64,000 nucleotides of DNA from an uncultured Gemmataceae bacterium. Lineage in GTDB: Bacteria > Planctomycetota > Planctomycetia > Gemmatales > Gemmataceae. The notes beneath the pieces are model-generated. The model was given only the letters and a program-made list of their open reading frames with translations, searched no databases and was not told the DNA's origin. The stretch is taken from the NCBI GenBank assembly GCA_963750165.1, contig CAVVPN010000003.1, forward strand, positions 736,001-800,000, read 5' to 3'. The position numbers and the translations under genes are program-made. Shown here piece after piece: positions 31,240 through 42,436 of the stretch. The stretch's first letter is position 1; each line of letters opens with the position of its first letter.

Positions 31240-31884
31240 ATGACAGCCCCGTTACAGCTTCACACCATCGTGTCGATGCCGTTCGTCGAGAACACCTATG
31301 TCGCCTGGCTGCCCGGTCAGACGGAATGTCTGGTCGTGGACCCCGGCCTGGAGCCGGAAGAAATCCTGCATTTTTTGCAAGAACACCAGCTGACGCCCGC
31401 GGCGATCCTGAACACGCACGGCCACGCCGACCACATCGCCGGCAACGCGGCGCTCAAGGCGGCCTACCCGGCGGCGCCGCTGCTGATCGGCGCCGGCGAC
31501 GCCCCCATGCTCACGGACGCGCTGGCCAATCTGAGTGCGCCGTTCGGCCTGGCGATCGTGAGCCCGACGGCGGACCAACTGGTGAAGGAAGGCGACGTAT
31601 TGCAGTTCGCGGGTTTCACGCTGGAGGTGCTACTCATCCCGGGCCATACGCCGGGCCATGTGGTGTTCCTGTGCTGGCAGCCAGGGCCGCTGGTCTTCGG
31701 GGGCGACGTGCTGTTCCGCGAAAGCATCGGCCGCAGCGACTTCCCCGGCGGCGATCACCTGCTGCTGCTGGAGGGCATCCACACCAAGCTGCTCACGCTG
31801 CCGGACACTGTCGTGATCTACCCCGGTCACGGCCCGGTGACGACGGTCGGACACGAGAAGCGAAACAATCCCTTCCTGGTTTAA
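31240..31884 (+). CDS. MBL-fold metallo-hydrolase (glyoxalase II-like)
   Basis: THGHADH, PGHTPGH, GDVLF, GRSDFPGG, PGHG. Confidence 0.92.
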   Translation: MTAPLQLHTIVSMPFVENTYVAWLPGQTECLVVDPGLEPEEILHFLQEHQLTPAAILNTHGHADHIAGNAALKAAYPAAPLLIGAGDAPMLTDALANLSAPFGLAIVSPTADQLVKEGDVLQFAGFTLEVLLIPGHTPGHVVFLCWQPGPLVFGGDVLFRESIGRSDFPGGDHLLLLEGIHTKLLTLPDTVVIYPGHGPVTTVGHEKRNNPFLV

Positions 31885-31887
31885 TAA

Positions 31888-31996
31888 AAACAATTCACCA
31901 CAGAGAACGCGGAGCGCGCAGAGCAAAGACAGAATTGTTGAACAACAATTCTTTGTTTTTCTCTGCGCGCTCCGCATTCTCTGTGGTGAATTGTTT
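31888..31996. repeat. MITE/REP-like long inverted repeat, family C (AATTCACC.CAGAGAACGCGGAG...)
   Basis: Long imperfect palindrome between convergent genes; sister copy at 52599-52701. Confidence 0.85.
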
Positions 31997-32004
31997 CTGA
32001 CAAG

Positions 32005-32772
32005 TCAGCGGCCGAGGATGTAGCGGTGCGGGTCCACCTCTTCGCGCAGGATGCGCAACTCGGGCTCCGCGGGCGGTGCCGTCGTGGTCAGCGGTTCGCG
32101 CACGCCGATCTCGAAGCCGGTCGCCTGTCGCACCTGCGCCAGCTCGACGCCCGGGTGCAGGCTGATGATTTCCATGCGCTTCGTCTGCGCATGATAGCCC
32201 ATCACGGCCATGTCGGTGATGACGCGGTACGGCCCGGTGCCCGGTGGCAGCCCCGCCGCCTCGCGCGCCCTGGGGCCTGTCAGATAGCCGGGCGTTGTCA
32301 GGAAGTCCAACTTTTCCACGAAGCGGCGGCGGTCGTGGTTGGTCACCACCAGGATGCGCCAGCACAGCGACGCCAGATCGTTGGCGCCGCCGCTGCCGGG
32401 GAAACGTACCTTCGGTCGGGCGTAGTCGCCGCCGATCATGGTCGAATTGAGATTACCAAAGGCGTCAATCTGAGCACCGCCGAGGAAGGTGTAGTCCATC
32501 AGGCCGCGCTGGCACGTCTCCATGATGTCGGCCATGCTGGTCGCCATCGCGCCGCGGTAGAAGGTGCGCGAGTCGCCCACCGAGATCGGCATGGTCGGCA
32601 GCAGCGGCGCGACGCCGCCGGCCTCGAAGCAGATGACCAGCTGCGGTGCGGTAGTGCGCTGCGCCAGCATCGCGGCGGCACACGGCACCCCGGTGCCGAC
32701 GGCGACGGTGCGGCCGTCCTCCAGCAGGCGGGCGGCACAGCAGATCATTAATTCCATCGCGTTGTAGGTCAT
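32005..32772 (-). CDS. Family I CoA-transferase, beta subunit (glutaconate/3-oxoadipate type)
   Basis: VAVGTGVP, FEAG, FLGGAQIDAFGNLNST, PGSGGANDL, ITDMAV, SLHPGV. Confidence 0.9.
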   Translation of the reverse strand: MTYNAMELMICCAARLLEDGRTVAVGTGVPCAAAMLAQRTTAPQLVICFEAGGVAPLLPTMPISVGDSRTFYRGAMATSMADIMETCQRGLMDYTFLGGAQIDAFGNLNSTMIGGDYARPKVRFPGSGGANDLASLCWRILVVTNHDRRRFVEKLDFLTTPGYLTGPRAREAAGLPPGTGPYRVITDMAVMGYHAQTKRMEIISLHPGVELAQVRQATGFEIGVREPLTTTAPPAEPELRILREEVDPHRYILGR

Positions 32773-32819
32773 GGCTCTCTCTCCCCTCGCCCCCTTCAGG
32801 GGAGAGGGGAGCCCTTCGG

Positions 32820-33827
32820 TTAGCGCCCGCGGTGCAGCAAAAACTCCTGCTGCCGCAGCTGCTGCAAACGCCGCAGACCACCGCACAATTCCAGGTACTC
32901 GGCGAAATCGCGGACACCGTAGATGTACTTTTGCAGGAATTCCTGCAGTCGCTCCAGATCCGTCTCCACGTCGAGCCACTGGCGGAAATGGTCCTCATCG
33001 GAAAAATACTCATACGGCATGTTGCCGGGGTAGCTGCCGTAGGGCACCTCGCACACTGCATCGACGCAGAAGAACGGGATCACCGTCCGCGTCGGGTCGG
33101 AGCGGATTTCCTCGGCGGGCACCAGGCGCTCACAGGTGATGATGAGCCGTTTGGCAGCGCGGGCCAGGTCCACGTCGGCGACGGTGGTGCCGCGGATGCG
33201 GCTGTTGCCGTAGCGGTCCGCCTCATGTACATGGATGGCCGCCACGTCCGGGTACAGCGCCGGCAGAGCGGCCAGCACCTCGCTGGTGAACGGGCAGCGG
33301 ATCACCTTCGCGGCGCTGTGGCGGAAGGTGTCGGTGCCGAGCAGCGATCGCGCCGGCAGGAACGGCAGACCCATCGCCGCCGCCTTCAACCGCACCGCCA
33401 GCGTGAAATTCGTCCACTCCGTGCATTGCACCTCGCCAGACTCCATGACACGACGGGCGTGCGGCGACAGGCCGCGCGCTTCCAGGCCGACGATATACGC
33501 CACGTCCACGCGCGCCAGCGTCTTGCCGCGGCCGGTGAGGTTGCCGGCGCAGAGCACCTGGAAGTCGTGCGTCGCGGTGTGGCCGGCGAAGCCGAGGTTT
33601 TGCCGGTTCTGGCGGAGGATTTCGTGAACGACCGCGGTCGGCAGGCGGTCGCTGCCGAAACCGCCGATGGCGAGGTAATCGCCGTCATGGACCAGCCGCG
33701 CGACGGCGTCGGTGACGGTGGTGAGCTTGTCGATCTGGGCCCGGGGTTTGGCGACGAAGGCTTCGCGGGCGCGGTCGGCGCTCGGGTCGGTGAAGAGGGT
33801 GCCGTTGCCCTGAGAGAGAGGGGTCAT
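32820..33827 (-). CDS. Family I CoA-transferase, alpha subunit
   Basis: VHDGDYLAIGGF, AAAMGLPFLP, PDVAAIHVHEADRYGN, VDAVCEVPYGSYP. Confidence 0.9.
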   Translation of the reverse strand: MTPLSQGNGTLFTDPSADRAREAFVAKPRAQIDKLTTVTDAVARLVHDGDYLAIGGFGSDRLPTAVVHEILRQNRQNLGFAGHTATHDFQVLCAGNLTGRGKTLARVDVAYIVGLEARGLSPHARRVMESGEVQCTEWTNFTLAVRLKAAAMGLPFLPARSLLGTDTFRHSAAKVIRCPFTSEVLAALPALYPDVAAIHVHEADRYGNSRIRGTTVADVDLARAAKRLIITCERLVPAEEIRSDPTRTVIPFFCVDAVCEVPYGSYPGNMPYEYFSDEDHFRQWLDVETDLERLQEFLQKYIYGVRDFAEYLELCGGLRRLQQLRQQEFLLHRGR

Positions 33828-33845
33828 GCGGAGAGGATCCTTGCA

Positions 33846-33915
33846 CGGCGAGCGGCGCGGCGTCAGCCCGCCGGTGCTCCGCAGTACCGGCGGGCTGACG
33901 CCGCGCCGCTCGCCG
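33846..33915. repeat. REP-like palindrome, family B (GGCGAGCGGCGCGGCGTCAGCCCGCCG...CGGCGGGCTGACGCCGCGCCGCTCGCC)
   Basis: Inverted repeat; copies at 47126-47193 and (degenerate) 60608-60696. Confidence 0.85.
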
Positions 33916-33929
33916 GGACGAGGCGCCCG

Positions 33930-34364
33930 TCAGCGTACTTCGTACTCGCGCAGCAGCTGGCGGAAGCGCGGGTCGTGACGGATCGAGTCGAGGTCGCGAT
34001 CCTCGCGCATGTAGCGGAAGTCGCGGTAGCCCAGTTCGACGGCGCGGCGCAGCGTCTTCAGCGCCAGTTCGGGCCGCTTGAGCAGAGCGTAGCTGCAGGC
34101 CAGGTTGTAATGGGCCAGAGGGTCGCTGGGGCGGAGCTGCACCAAGCGTTTGTCGATCTGCATGCCTTCAGCGTAGCGACCCTTGAGCGTCAGGTTGTTG
34201 CCCTGGACGCGGAGCACATCGACATAATCGGGGTGCCGCTCGAGAATGCGGCCGAAGAATTCGATCTCAAAGTCCAGCTGGTGCTGATCCGCGGGCCGCA
34301 CCAGCGCGCCGCCGGTGGAAGTAGATCCTGCTCCTTCGTTGGAAGGTTTCCCCTGTTGCGCCAT
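33930..34364 (-). CDS. Small TPR-containing protein
   Basis: AHYNLACSYALL...ALKTLRRAVELGY...DRDLDSIRHDPRF. Confidence 0.85.
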   Translation of the reverse strand: MAQQGKPSNEGAGSTSTGGALVRPADQHQLDFEIEFFGRILERHPDYVDVLRVQGNNLTLKGRYAEGMQIDKRLVQLRPSDPLAHYNLACSYALLKRPELALKTLRRAVELGYRDFRYMREDRDLDSIRHDPRFRQLLREYEVR

Positions 34365-34618
34365 GACTTCCCCCTGAGGTTGAATATCAGTCTCGGTGCC
34401 GCACGGTCCTTCGCGGAACGGCCAAACTCAGTATAGATGACCACGGTTTTGCCCGCAATCTTTTCTCGCCGCCCGTTCCCCTCGCGGCGGTTTTGATTAT
34501 ACCGGGTGGCGCCTGGCGTGCAAAACTTTCCGCCCCGCAAGTCCGAGCCGCGCACGGAGCGTACTCCGCGAGTACGCTCCGTGCGCGGCTCGGGCCCGCT
34601 CAATGTATCCGAACGCGC

Positions 34619-35521
34619 TCAGCGCGCTTCACCACCCGAAGTCAGCGTCAGCACCGCCACCTCCGGCCGCACGTTGTAGCGCACGCGGAAGCCGAAGCCG
34701 ACGCCCTTGTTGACGTACAGGTGCCCGGCCCCCACCTGGTACAGTCCCGCCGCGTAGCGCCGCCCCTTGCGGCCCAGCGTCACGCGGCCCAGGCCCGGCA
34801 GATTGATCTGGCCGCCGTGCGTGTGGCCGCTCAGCATCAGGTCGCAGCGGTGCGACCCCACCTTCTCAATGGTACACGGATTGTGCGCCAGCACCAGACG
34901 CGGCAGCGTCGGACACAGGCCCGCGAACGCGCGGTCCGGGTCGCACTCCCGACTCCACAGGTCTTCCACCCCGGTCAGATGCAGATGCGCGTCGCCGCGC
35001 GACAGCCGCACCGTTTCGTTGCGCAGTACGCGGATGCCGCTGCCCGTCAGCGCGTCGGCGACGGCCTGGTGCAGTCGCGGATGGCGACGGATGCCCAGGG
35101 CGTTGCGCACCGAATAGTCGTGGTTGCCCAGGACCGCGTAGACGCCGTGCGGAGCGTGCAGCCGGCTCAGCACCTCCGCGACACGGCCGACGTGCTTGAA
35201 ACCCTTGTGGATGAAGTCGCCGGTCAGCGCGATCAGGTCGGGGCGCTGGCCCAGCGCCAGGTCCACCGCTTCGCGCAGGTAGGCGGGCGTGACACTCTTG
35301 CTGCAGTGCAGGTCCGAGAGCTGGACGATGCGCAGCCCCTCGAACGCCGCTGGCAGGCCGGTCAGCGGCACGGCGTGACGCGTCACCTCCAGCCAGGTCG
35401 GCTCGACGCGCACCGCGTAGTGCATGCGCGCCGAGCCGCGCCCGACCCAGCGGGCCAGGCGGTCGCGCGCCCGCTCCCGATTGCCCTCCGTGCGCAGCCA
35501 GCCGACCAGCTTGCGGAACAT
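34619..35521 (-). CDS. Metallophosphoesterase (YkuE-like)
   Basis: SDLH, TGDF, GNHD, LAHNP, SGHTHGGQ. Confidence 0.92.
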   Translation of the reverse strand: MFRKLVGWLRTEGNRERARDRLARWVGRGSARMHYAVRVEPTWLEVTRHAVPLTGLPAAFEGLRIVQLSDLHCSKSVTPAYLREAVDLALGQRPDLIALTGDFIHKGFKHVGRVAEVLSRLHAPHGVYAVLGNHDYSVRNALGIRRHPRLHQAVADALTGSGIRVLRNETVRLSRGDAHLHLTGVEDLWSRECDPDRAFAGLCPTLPRLVLAHNPCTIEKVGSHRCDLMLSGHTHGGQINLPGLGRVTLGRKGRRYAAGLYQVGAGHLYVNKGVGFGFRVRYNVRPEVAVLTLTSGGEAR

Positions 35522-35635
35522 CAACGCCCTCGCCAATAAAAAAGGGTTGGCCCGGTCCTTCCCGGCCAACCCCAAGATCAGTTGCGACCGTGCGCGAAAA
35601 CTACAGCGCCCCACGACGGCCGATGACAGTCGCCC

Positions 35636-35971
35636 TCACACGTCCTCGTCCTCGTCGTCATCCTCGTCTTCGTCGTCATCCAGATCCTCGTCGTCGTCGA
35701 AGTCCTCGTCAAGGTCGTCGTCGAAGTCCTCGTCGTCGTCGAAGTCCTCGTCATCAAGGTCGTCGTCGTCGAGGTCATCGTCGAAGTCCTCGTCGTCGAG
35801 GTCGTCGTCCAGATCGTCTTCTTCGTCGTCTTCCTCATCCTCGTCGTCAACGTCTTCGTCCTCATCGCGGGCGAACGGCGCCGCGACCGTCTCCGGCCAG
35901 CATCCGGGAAGCAGCCACCATCGCGCCTCCTCCTCCGCCCAGGACCGAACCAGGGTTGTGCCACCGAACAT
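35636..35971 (-). CDS. Small protein with a very acidic Asp/Glu C-terminal tract
   Basis: GAGGA RBS and ATG at 35971; ~35-aa N-terminus followed by ~75 residues almost all D/E with spaced L/F. Confidence 0.65.
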   Translation of the reverse strand: MFGGTTLVRSWAEEEARWWLLPGCWPETVAAPFARDEDEDVDDEDEEDDEEDDLDDDLDDEDFDDDLDDDDLDDEDFDDDEDFDDDLDEDFDDDEDLDDDEDEDDDEDEDV

Positions 35972-36371
35972 TATTGTATCCTCAGTCTTGGGAAAATGAA
36001 AATGAGGGACGCCTCCTGCGCCTCCCCTCCCGTCATATCGGCACGGGCACCGGCGCACCGGCACCGGCAACTATTATTTCAAGATCGCGTAAGCCCGCGA
36101 TGGCACTTTACTTGGCGCCCTCTTGATGTCAACAGGGCTTTCGCGTTTCGCTGCACAATTCGCGGAGCGGCCCGTTGGGGGCGGCAAGGTATCCCTTCTG
36201 TAGTGAAGTTCGCCCAGGTTGTCAAGCTGCCCTAACACCTTCTGAAATCGTCACCTGGAGCGGTTTGCCGTTGACGGCGCCGCGGCCCGTTTCTAGCCTG
36301 ACAGCGGCCGCCCGCTGGGGGTTCACCGGCCGGGTTGCGCGCGTCGCGCAGGAAGGATGGGGCAGCCGCGC

Positions 36372-37016
36372 ATGAAGCCTTACGACCCGCTCAAACGCCG
36401 CGTCGGCCGCATCCTGAGCCGGCTGGCGAAGCAGTACCCCGACGCCCACTGCGCCCTGCACCACACCAGTCCGTTGCAGCTGCTGATCGCCACCATCCTG
36501 TCGGCGCAGTGTACGGACACCCGCGTCAACCTGATAACGCCTGCCCTGTTCGTGCGCTACCCCGACGCCCGCGCTTTCGCCGCCGCTGACCCGGCGGAGC
36601 TGGAAACCTTGATCCAGTCCACTGGATTTTTCCGGAACAAGGCGCGCAACATTATCGCCTGCTGCCGGGCGCTGGTGGAGCAGCACGACGGCCAGGTGCC
36701 GGGGACGATGGCGGAACTGGTGCCGCTGGCGGGCGTCGGCCGCAAGACGGCGAACGTGATTCTGGGCAACGCCTTCGCCGTGCCGGGCATCACCGTGGAT
36801 ACGCACGTCGGTCGCCTGAGCCGTCGCCTCGGCCTGACGACGCACGAGAACCCGGAGAAGGTCGAAGAGGATCTGATGCGCCTGGTCCCGAAGAAGCACT
36901 GGACGATGTTCAGCCACCGCCTGATCTTCCACGGCCGGCAGGTGTGCCACGTGCGCGGCCCACGCTGCGGCGACTGTGCGCTGGCCCGGCTGTGCCCGAA
37001 GGTTGGCGTCAATTGA
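36372..37016 (+). CDS. nth: Endonuclease III
   Basis: LLIATILSAQCTD, HhH LAGVGRKTANV, VDTHV, C-x6-C-x2-C-x5-C 4Fe-4S motif. Confidence 0.95.
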   Translation: MKPYDPLKRRVGRILSRLAKQYPDAHCALHHTSPLQLLIATILSAQCTDTRVNLITPALFVRYPDARAFAAADPAELETLIQSTGFFRNKARNIIACCRALVEQHDGQVPGTMAELVPLAGVGRKTANVILGNAFAVPGITVDTHVGRLSRRLGLTTHENPEKVEEDLMRLVPKKHWTMFSHRLIFHGRQVCHVRGPRCGDCALARLCPKVGVN

Positions 37017-37024
37017 GAGGTAAC

Positions 37025-38272
37025 ATGGATACCTTGCTCGACCGCTTCTGCCGCTACGTCCGCCTTGACACCCAGGCCGACGAGAAGGCGACAACCTACC
37101 CCAGTTCGCCGGGCCAGCTAGAACTGGGCCGGCTACTGACGGAGGAACTGCGAGCGCTGGGCCTGCGCGACGCCGAGCAGGACGCGCACGGCATCGTCCT
37201 GGCGACCGTGCCCGCGACCGCCCGTCGCGATGCCCCGACCATCGCCTGGATCGCCCATGTGGACACGTCGCCAGAGACCACCGGCCACAATGTCAAGCCG
37301 GTCGTCCACCAGCCCTACCGCGGTGGCGACATTGTGCTGCCGGGCGATACCACCAAGGTGATTCGCGTCGCCGACAGTCCGGAACTGGTGGGCATGGTAG
37401 GCAAGACGCTCGTGACGACCGACGGCACCACGCTGCTGGGCGCCGATGACAAGGCGGGCGTGGCCGTTATCATGGAGGCGGCCGCGTACCTGGCGGCTCA
37501 CCCCGAAATTCCGCACGGCCCCATCCGCGTCTGCTTCACCTGCGACGAGGAGATCGGCCACGGTGTCGATCACGTCGATCTGAAAAAGCTGGGCGCCCAC
37601 GTCGGCTACACGCTGGACGGCGGCGGTCAGGGCGAGATCGATGGCGAGACGTTCTCGGCAGACCTGGCCGTGGTCACCCTCCGCGGCGTCAACATTCACC
37701 CGGCCATCGCGAAGGGCAAGATGGTGAACGCCCTGCGGCTGGCGGGCGCGTTCCTCGACCGCCTGCCGGCGCTGGCGCTGGCGCCGGAGGTGACGGAGGA
37801 CCGTCAGGGATTCCTGCACCCGTACCGCATTGAGGGCGGTGTCGCCGAGGTGACGCTGCGGATTTTGCTGCGCGACTTCGACACGCCAAAGCTGGCCGAG
37901 CGTGCCGACCTCCTGCGGCAACTGGCCCGGCTGTTGTCGCTGGAGTATCCGCAGGCGTCGATTGACGTGACGGTGACACCGCAGTACCGCAACATGGCGG
38001 ACGGGCTGAAGCGGGAGCCGCGAGCGCTGCGGTTCGCAGAAGAGGCAATGCGACGGGCCGGGCTGGAGCCGAAGTTGACGATTGTGCGCGGCGGCACGGA
38101 CGGTTCGCGGCTGACGGAACTGGGGCTGCCGACGCCGAACCTGTCCACGGGGGAGCACAACTTGCATTCGCCGCTGGAGTGGACGTGTCTGGAGGAGATG
38201 CAGACGGCGGTGCGGGTGCTGGTGGAGCTGGCGCAGGTGTGGGCTGCTACGGATGAGGGGGTGAAGGGGTGA
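37025..38272 (+). CDS. pepT: Peptidase T (M20B)
   Basis: AHVDTS, TDGTTLLGADDKAG, DEEIG, RGGTDG, HNLHS. Confidence 0.95.
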   Translation: MDTLLDRFCRYVRLDTQADEKATTYPSSPGQLELGRLLTEELRALGLRDAEQDAHGIVLATVPATARRDAPTIAWIAHVDTSPETTGHNVKPVVHQPYRGGDIVLPGDTTKVIRVADSPELVGMVGKTLVTTDGTTLLGADDKAGVAVIMEAAAYLAAHPEIPHGPIRVCFTCDEEIGHGVDHVDLKKLGAHVGYTLDGGGQGEIDGETFSADLAVVTLRGVNIHPAIAKGKMVNALRLAGAFLDRLPALALAPEVTEDRQGFLHPYRIEGGVAEVTLRILLRDFDTPKLAERADLLRQLARLLSLEYPQASIDVTVTPQYRNMADGLKREPRALRFAEEAMRRAGLEPKLTIVRGGTDGSRLTELGLPTPNLSTGEHNLHSPLEWTCLEEMQTAVRVLVELAQVWAATDEGVKG

Positions 38273-38322
38273 AAGAAGACCGTCTTTCACCCCCTCACCC
38301 CCTCACCCCTTCACCTTCCATC
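38252..38322. repeat. Inverted G-rich/C-rich octamer repeats between convergent genes
   Basis: gagggggtgaaggggtgaaaga...tctttcaccccctcaccccctcacccc. Confidence 0.7.
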
Positions 38323-39083
38323 AGTTGCCCTGCGGCCGCACCACGCGCGGCCCCTCGGGCGTCGGCTGCACCGCCTGGAACTGCCAGCCCGGCTCCAGCG
38401 TCGTCGGCCGATTGAACTCCTGCGGATCGACCTGCACGTTCGTGAACACCTTGGCGAAGTCCCAGGTGATCTCGTTGCCGTTCGGCTCCTGGAACCAGAT
38501 TTGCCGCGGCAGTCCCGTGCTGATCGTCAGCACCAGCCGCGCCCGCGTGAACTCCGCCTTGTCCTGGTCGGCGCGGCAGCACCTCGATGTACTGATACCA
38601 GGTGTCGCCCTGCGGCGGCGGCAGCAGACGCAGCAGGTAACGGTTCTTGGCGTCCGCGGCCTTCATGCCGACGATCATCGACAGGAAGTTGTCGTCGCCC
38701 ATCTGGCCCTTCTTGGCCGCCGGCAGCTGGTGGATCCGCACCACCTTGTTGGCCGGCGCCCACTCGTACAGCGCCCGGTCGTTGATGATGAACTTCTCGA
38801 AGACGCCCGCCTTGGTCTTGTGGCTCAGGTGAAGCATCGCCTTGTCCGGTTTGAGGTACTTGGCAACGCCCTCGAACTGATCCACCGTGCCGAAGGTCTT
38901 GTCCACCTTGGTGCGGCTGCACTGGATGACAAAGGTGCTCAGGCTGCCCATCGCCTTTTCCCAGGCACCCAGGGCGGCCTCCAACTTGGGGTCCGCGGGC
39001 GGCTGCTGCGGCGCCACCGGCTGCTGCGCCAGCAGCGGAACGCCAAGCAGCAGGGCGGTCAGCGTATAAGCGATCTTGCGCAT
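38321..39083 (-). CDS. Planctomycete LolA-like periplasmic protein (TIGR03009-like); frameshift near 38575
   Basis: AAGGAGG RBS; signal peptide; F.G..KYLKPDKA; continues in ORF 38321..38533 (LPRQIWFQEPNGNEITWDF). Confidence 0.7.
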
Positions 39084-39390
39084 CGGTTATCCTCCTTCGG
39101 GTCGTTCCGCACGGGTCGGGGCGGTGCGCGCCGGGCCGGCGCCGGAAGTTCTTATAACAGGGTACGCGCCCGGCGCGAAGGTCGGTCTGTGCCGCGGTGC
39201 GGTCGGCTTGCGAATGCTGCGCCGCCGTCCGGTTTTTCGGGTATTCTCCAGCCCGCCTACGCGGAGCGCCTTGCTGGCACCCCCGGCAACCGCCGTGGAT
39301 TCCGCACAACCCGTCAAGGTTCGCCACCCAGCACAACCGATACAAGGGCAGAGGAAATGGCTAACGCCCGGAAGGTTGCGAGGAACGATC

Positions 39391-40866
39391 ATGGACCGCG
39401 CCGGCTTCCCCCGTCCCCGTGGGCTGCGGTGGTTGCTGCTGGGCCTGTGCGGGCTGCTGCCGCTGGGCTGCAGCCAGCTGCCCCAGGTTGCGCGGCGCCA
39501 ACCCGGCACAGTCGCCCCCCCGGATGCTGCCGCCCGCGGCAACGCCGGCCCAGCAGCTGCCGCCGCCGACGCAGTTGCCGCCGCCCACGCAGCCGCTGCC
39601 CGTCAAGCAGGTGCCGGTCACGCTGGACGCCGTGCTGCAGCTCGCCCAGGACCAGAACACGCGCGTGCAGATTGCGCGGGAGAAGGTGCATGAGGCGTTT
39701 GCCGGCGTCGATCTCGCCGCCAAGGCGTGGCTGCCGGATTTGTGGGCCGGCACCAGCTACTACCGCCACGATGGCGGCATCCAGGCCCCGGATGGCAGCG
39801 TCATCAACAGCAATTTCGGCTCGCTGTTCGCCGGCGCCGAAGTGGGTGCCAAATGGGACCTCCGGCAGGTCGTCTATCAGAAGATCAACGCCGAACGCGC
39901 CCTGTGGCAGCAGAAGGGCGAACTGTCGCGCGTCTCCAACGAGCAGCTGCTCGACGCCACCACCACCTACGTCGATCTGCTGGCGGCCAAGGCGGGCGAG
40001 GCCATCTCGCTGAGCCAGGAGGCCAACCTCCGCGACCTGCTGGCCCAGGCGAAGGCCCGGGCGAACGTCGAACCCGGGCGCAAGTGGAAGTGTCGAAAGT
40101 CCAGGCCGCGCTGGCCGGTCAGGAGCAATCGACATGGAAACTGCGCGCGGGCTACAGGTCGGGCTCGGCCAAGCTGGCGTATTTGCTGGGCATCGATCCG
40201 CACGCGGATCTGGTGATGGTGGAGCGCCAGTTCGCCGCGTTCAACCTGATCGACCCGCAGACGCCGCTGGCCGAACTGGAGGCTCAGGCGCTGTCCTCCG
40301 GGCCGGGCATCAAGGAGATGGAAGGCATTCTGAACCTGATCCACGAGGCCAACGAGCGCAACCAGGGCCTGGCGAAGTTTATGCCGGTGTTCGACGTGCG
40401 CGTGGCGGAGGGCGTGTTCGGCGGCGGCCCCGGTTCGTCCTCGAACTGGGACAACCGCCTGGATGTGCTGTTGCAGGCGCGCTATAACCTGACCGATTTC
40501 TTCACGCGCAGCGAACGGCAGCGCGCCGCCCAGTCCAAGCAGGCGCAGGCGCACCTGACGTATCAGGAGATCCGCGGCCGGCTGACGATGGGCGTGCAGG
40601 AGGCGTATTATGCCGCCCAGAGCGGCCAGCGCCAGATGACCATCGCCGAGGAGCAGATTCGCCAGGCGCGGGATGCGTATGAGCGGAGCCGGGAGCGGTT
40701 GAAACTCGGCATCGGTGGGGCGTCGCCGACCGAGGTGTGGCTCGGCAGTCAGTTGCTGGGCTCGGCGCAGCTCAACTACCTCAGCGCCATCCGCGATTAC
40801 GACAAGGCGCAGCTGCGACTGCTGCTGTTGCTCGGGCCCAATTGTGCGCCGCGGCCGCACCCGTGA
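39391..40866 (+). CDS. TolC-family outer membrane efflux lipoprotein; two apparent frameshifts (~39495, ~40080)
   Basis: Lipobox LPLGC; VTLDAVLQLAQDQN, WLPDL, helical repeats and YDKAQLRLLLLLG, spread over three frames. Confidence 0.75.
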
Positions 40867-40880
40867 GGGACGCGGAGCGC

Positions 40881-42313
40881 TTATCCGAACACCTCGTCGA
40901 TGACCTCGCCGCCGAGGTTGGTGGGGATCTCATCGCGACCGTGGTGGCGGTAGACCAGCCGGTGCTGATCGACGCCCAGCGCGTGCAGGATGGTGGCGTG
41001 CAGATCGTTGGGATGCACCAGTCGCTCCACCGCGGCGTAGCCCACGTCATCGGTGGCGCCGACGGTCTGACCGCCCTGGACGCCGCCGCCGGCCAGCCAC
41101 ATCGAGTAGCCCGACGGCGAATGATTGCGCCCCGGCGCCGGAATGGCCGCGTTCTCCGCCGCCGGCGTGCGACCGAACTCGCCGCCCCAGACCACCAACG
41201 TCGAGTCCAGCAGGCCGCGCCGCTTCAGATCCGCCAGCAGCCCCGCGACAGGTTTGTCCGTCTTGCGTGCCTCGCTGCGGTGGTTGTTCAACAGGTCAGT
41301 GTGTGAGTCCCAGCCGCCGCAGCGAATCTGCACGAAGCGCACACCGCGCTCCACCAGCCGCCGGCCCAGCAGGCACATCGTCCCGAACTCGTCGCTCACC
41401 GCGTCACCGATGCCGTACAGCCGCCGCGTCAGTTCGGTCTCGCGCGCAGGTCGAACGCCTCCGGCGCGGTCGTCTGCATGCGGAACGCCAGCTCATACGA
41501 ACGAATGCGGGCCTCCAGCTCACCGCCACCACCGAGCCGCTCTGCGTGGCGGCGGTTCAGGCCGTCGAGCAGTTCGAGCTGGTTCTGCCGTTGCGCCGCG
41601 GTGGTGCCGGCCGGCATCGACACGTTCGGGATGCCGGTCGGTTGCACGCGCGTGCCCTGGAAGCGCGGCGGCAGAAAGCCGGCGTCCCAGGCGTTGGCCC
41701 GGCCGCTGGCGCCGTTCTGGATCAGCACGACGAAGCCGGGCAAATTGCGGTTCTCGCTGCCGAGGCCGTACAGCACCCAGGCACCCAGGCTGGGCCGGTC
41801 GCCGATCTGCGTGCCGGTGGTCGCCAGGTACTCCGCCGGGGCGTGGATGGGGCTGTCGTGCCGGCAGCCGCGCAGCACGCACAGCTCATCGACGTGACGG
41901 CCCGTCTCCGGGAACAGGTCCGAGACGGGCAGGCCGCTGCGGCCGCGGCGCGTGAAGCGGTAGGGCGAGGCCAGCAGGCCGGTGCGCGGCGTACGCACGA
42001 TGTTCGGGATGCCGCGGGCGATGCTCTCCGGCACCGCCTGGCCGTGCAGCCGCGCCAGCAGCGGCTTGGGGTCCCAGGTATCGACCTGACTCGGGCCGCC
42101 ACCCATGAACAGGAAAATCACACTTTTCGCCTTGCCGTTGTTGGGCAGGTTGAGGCCGTCTTCCTGCGAACGCTGACCGTGCTGTGCTGCCAGCCGGCCG
42201 TCCTGGCGGAGCAGGTCGAGCAGCGCCAGCCAGCCAAGGCCGAGGCCGGCGCGCTGCAACAGCTCACGCCGCGACAGGGGTGGAGGGCCGAAGTTACCGC
42301 AGTGTCGGTTCAT
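40881..42313 (-). CDS. DUF1501 domain protein; frameshift near 41443
   Basis: [30 protein letters not shown]; then [27 protein letters not shown] in ORF 40881..41399. Confidence 0.88.
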
Positions 42314-42436
42314 GGTCTGCAGCCTCCAGGTGCAAGTTTCGCAGTTTTCTGACGGTTGAGCAGGCGGAGTTTATTCGGCCTCCGTGCTCGTTGGGGTATT
42401 CTGGGAGTGCTTATTACTCCGGCAAGAAATAGGCTC

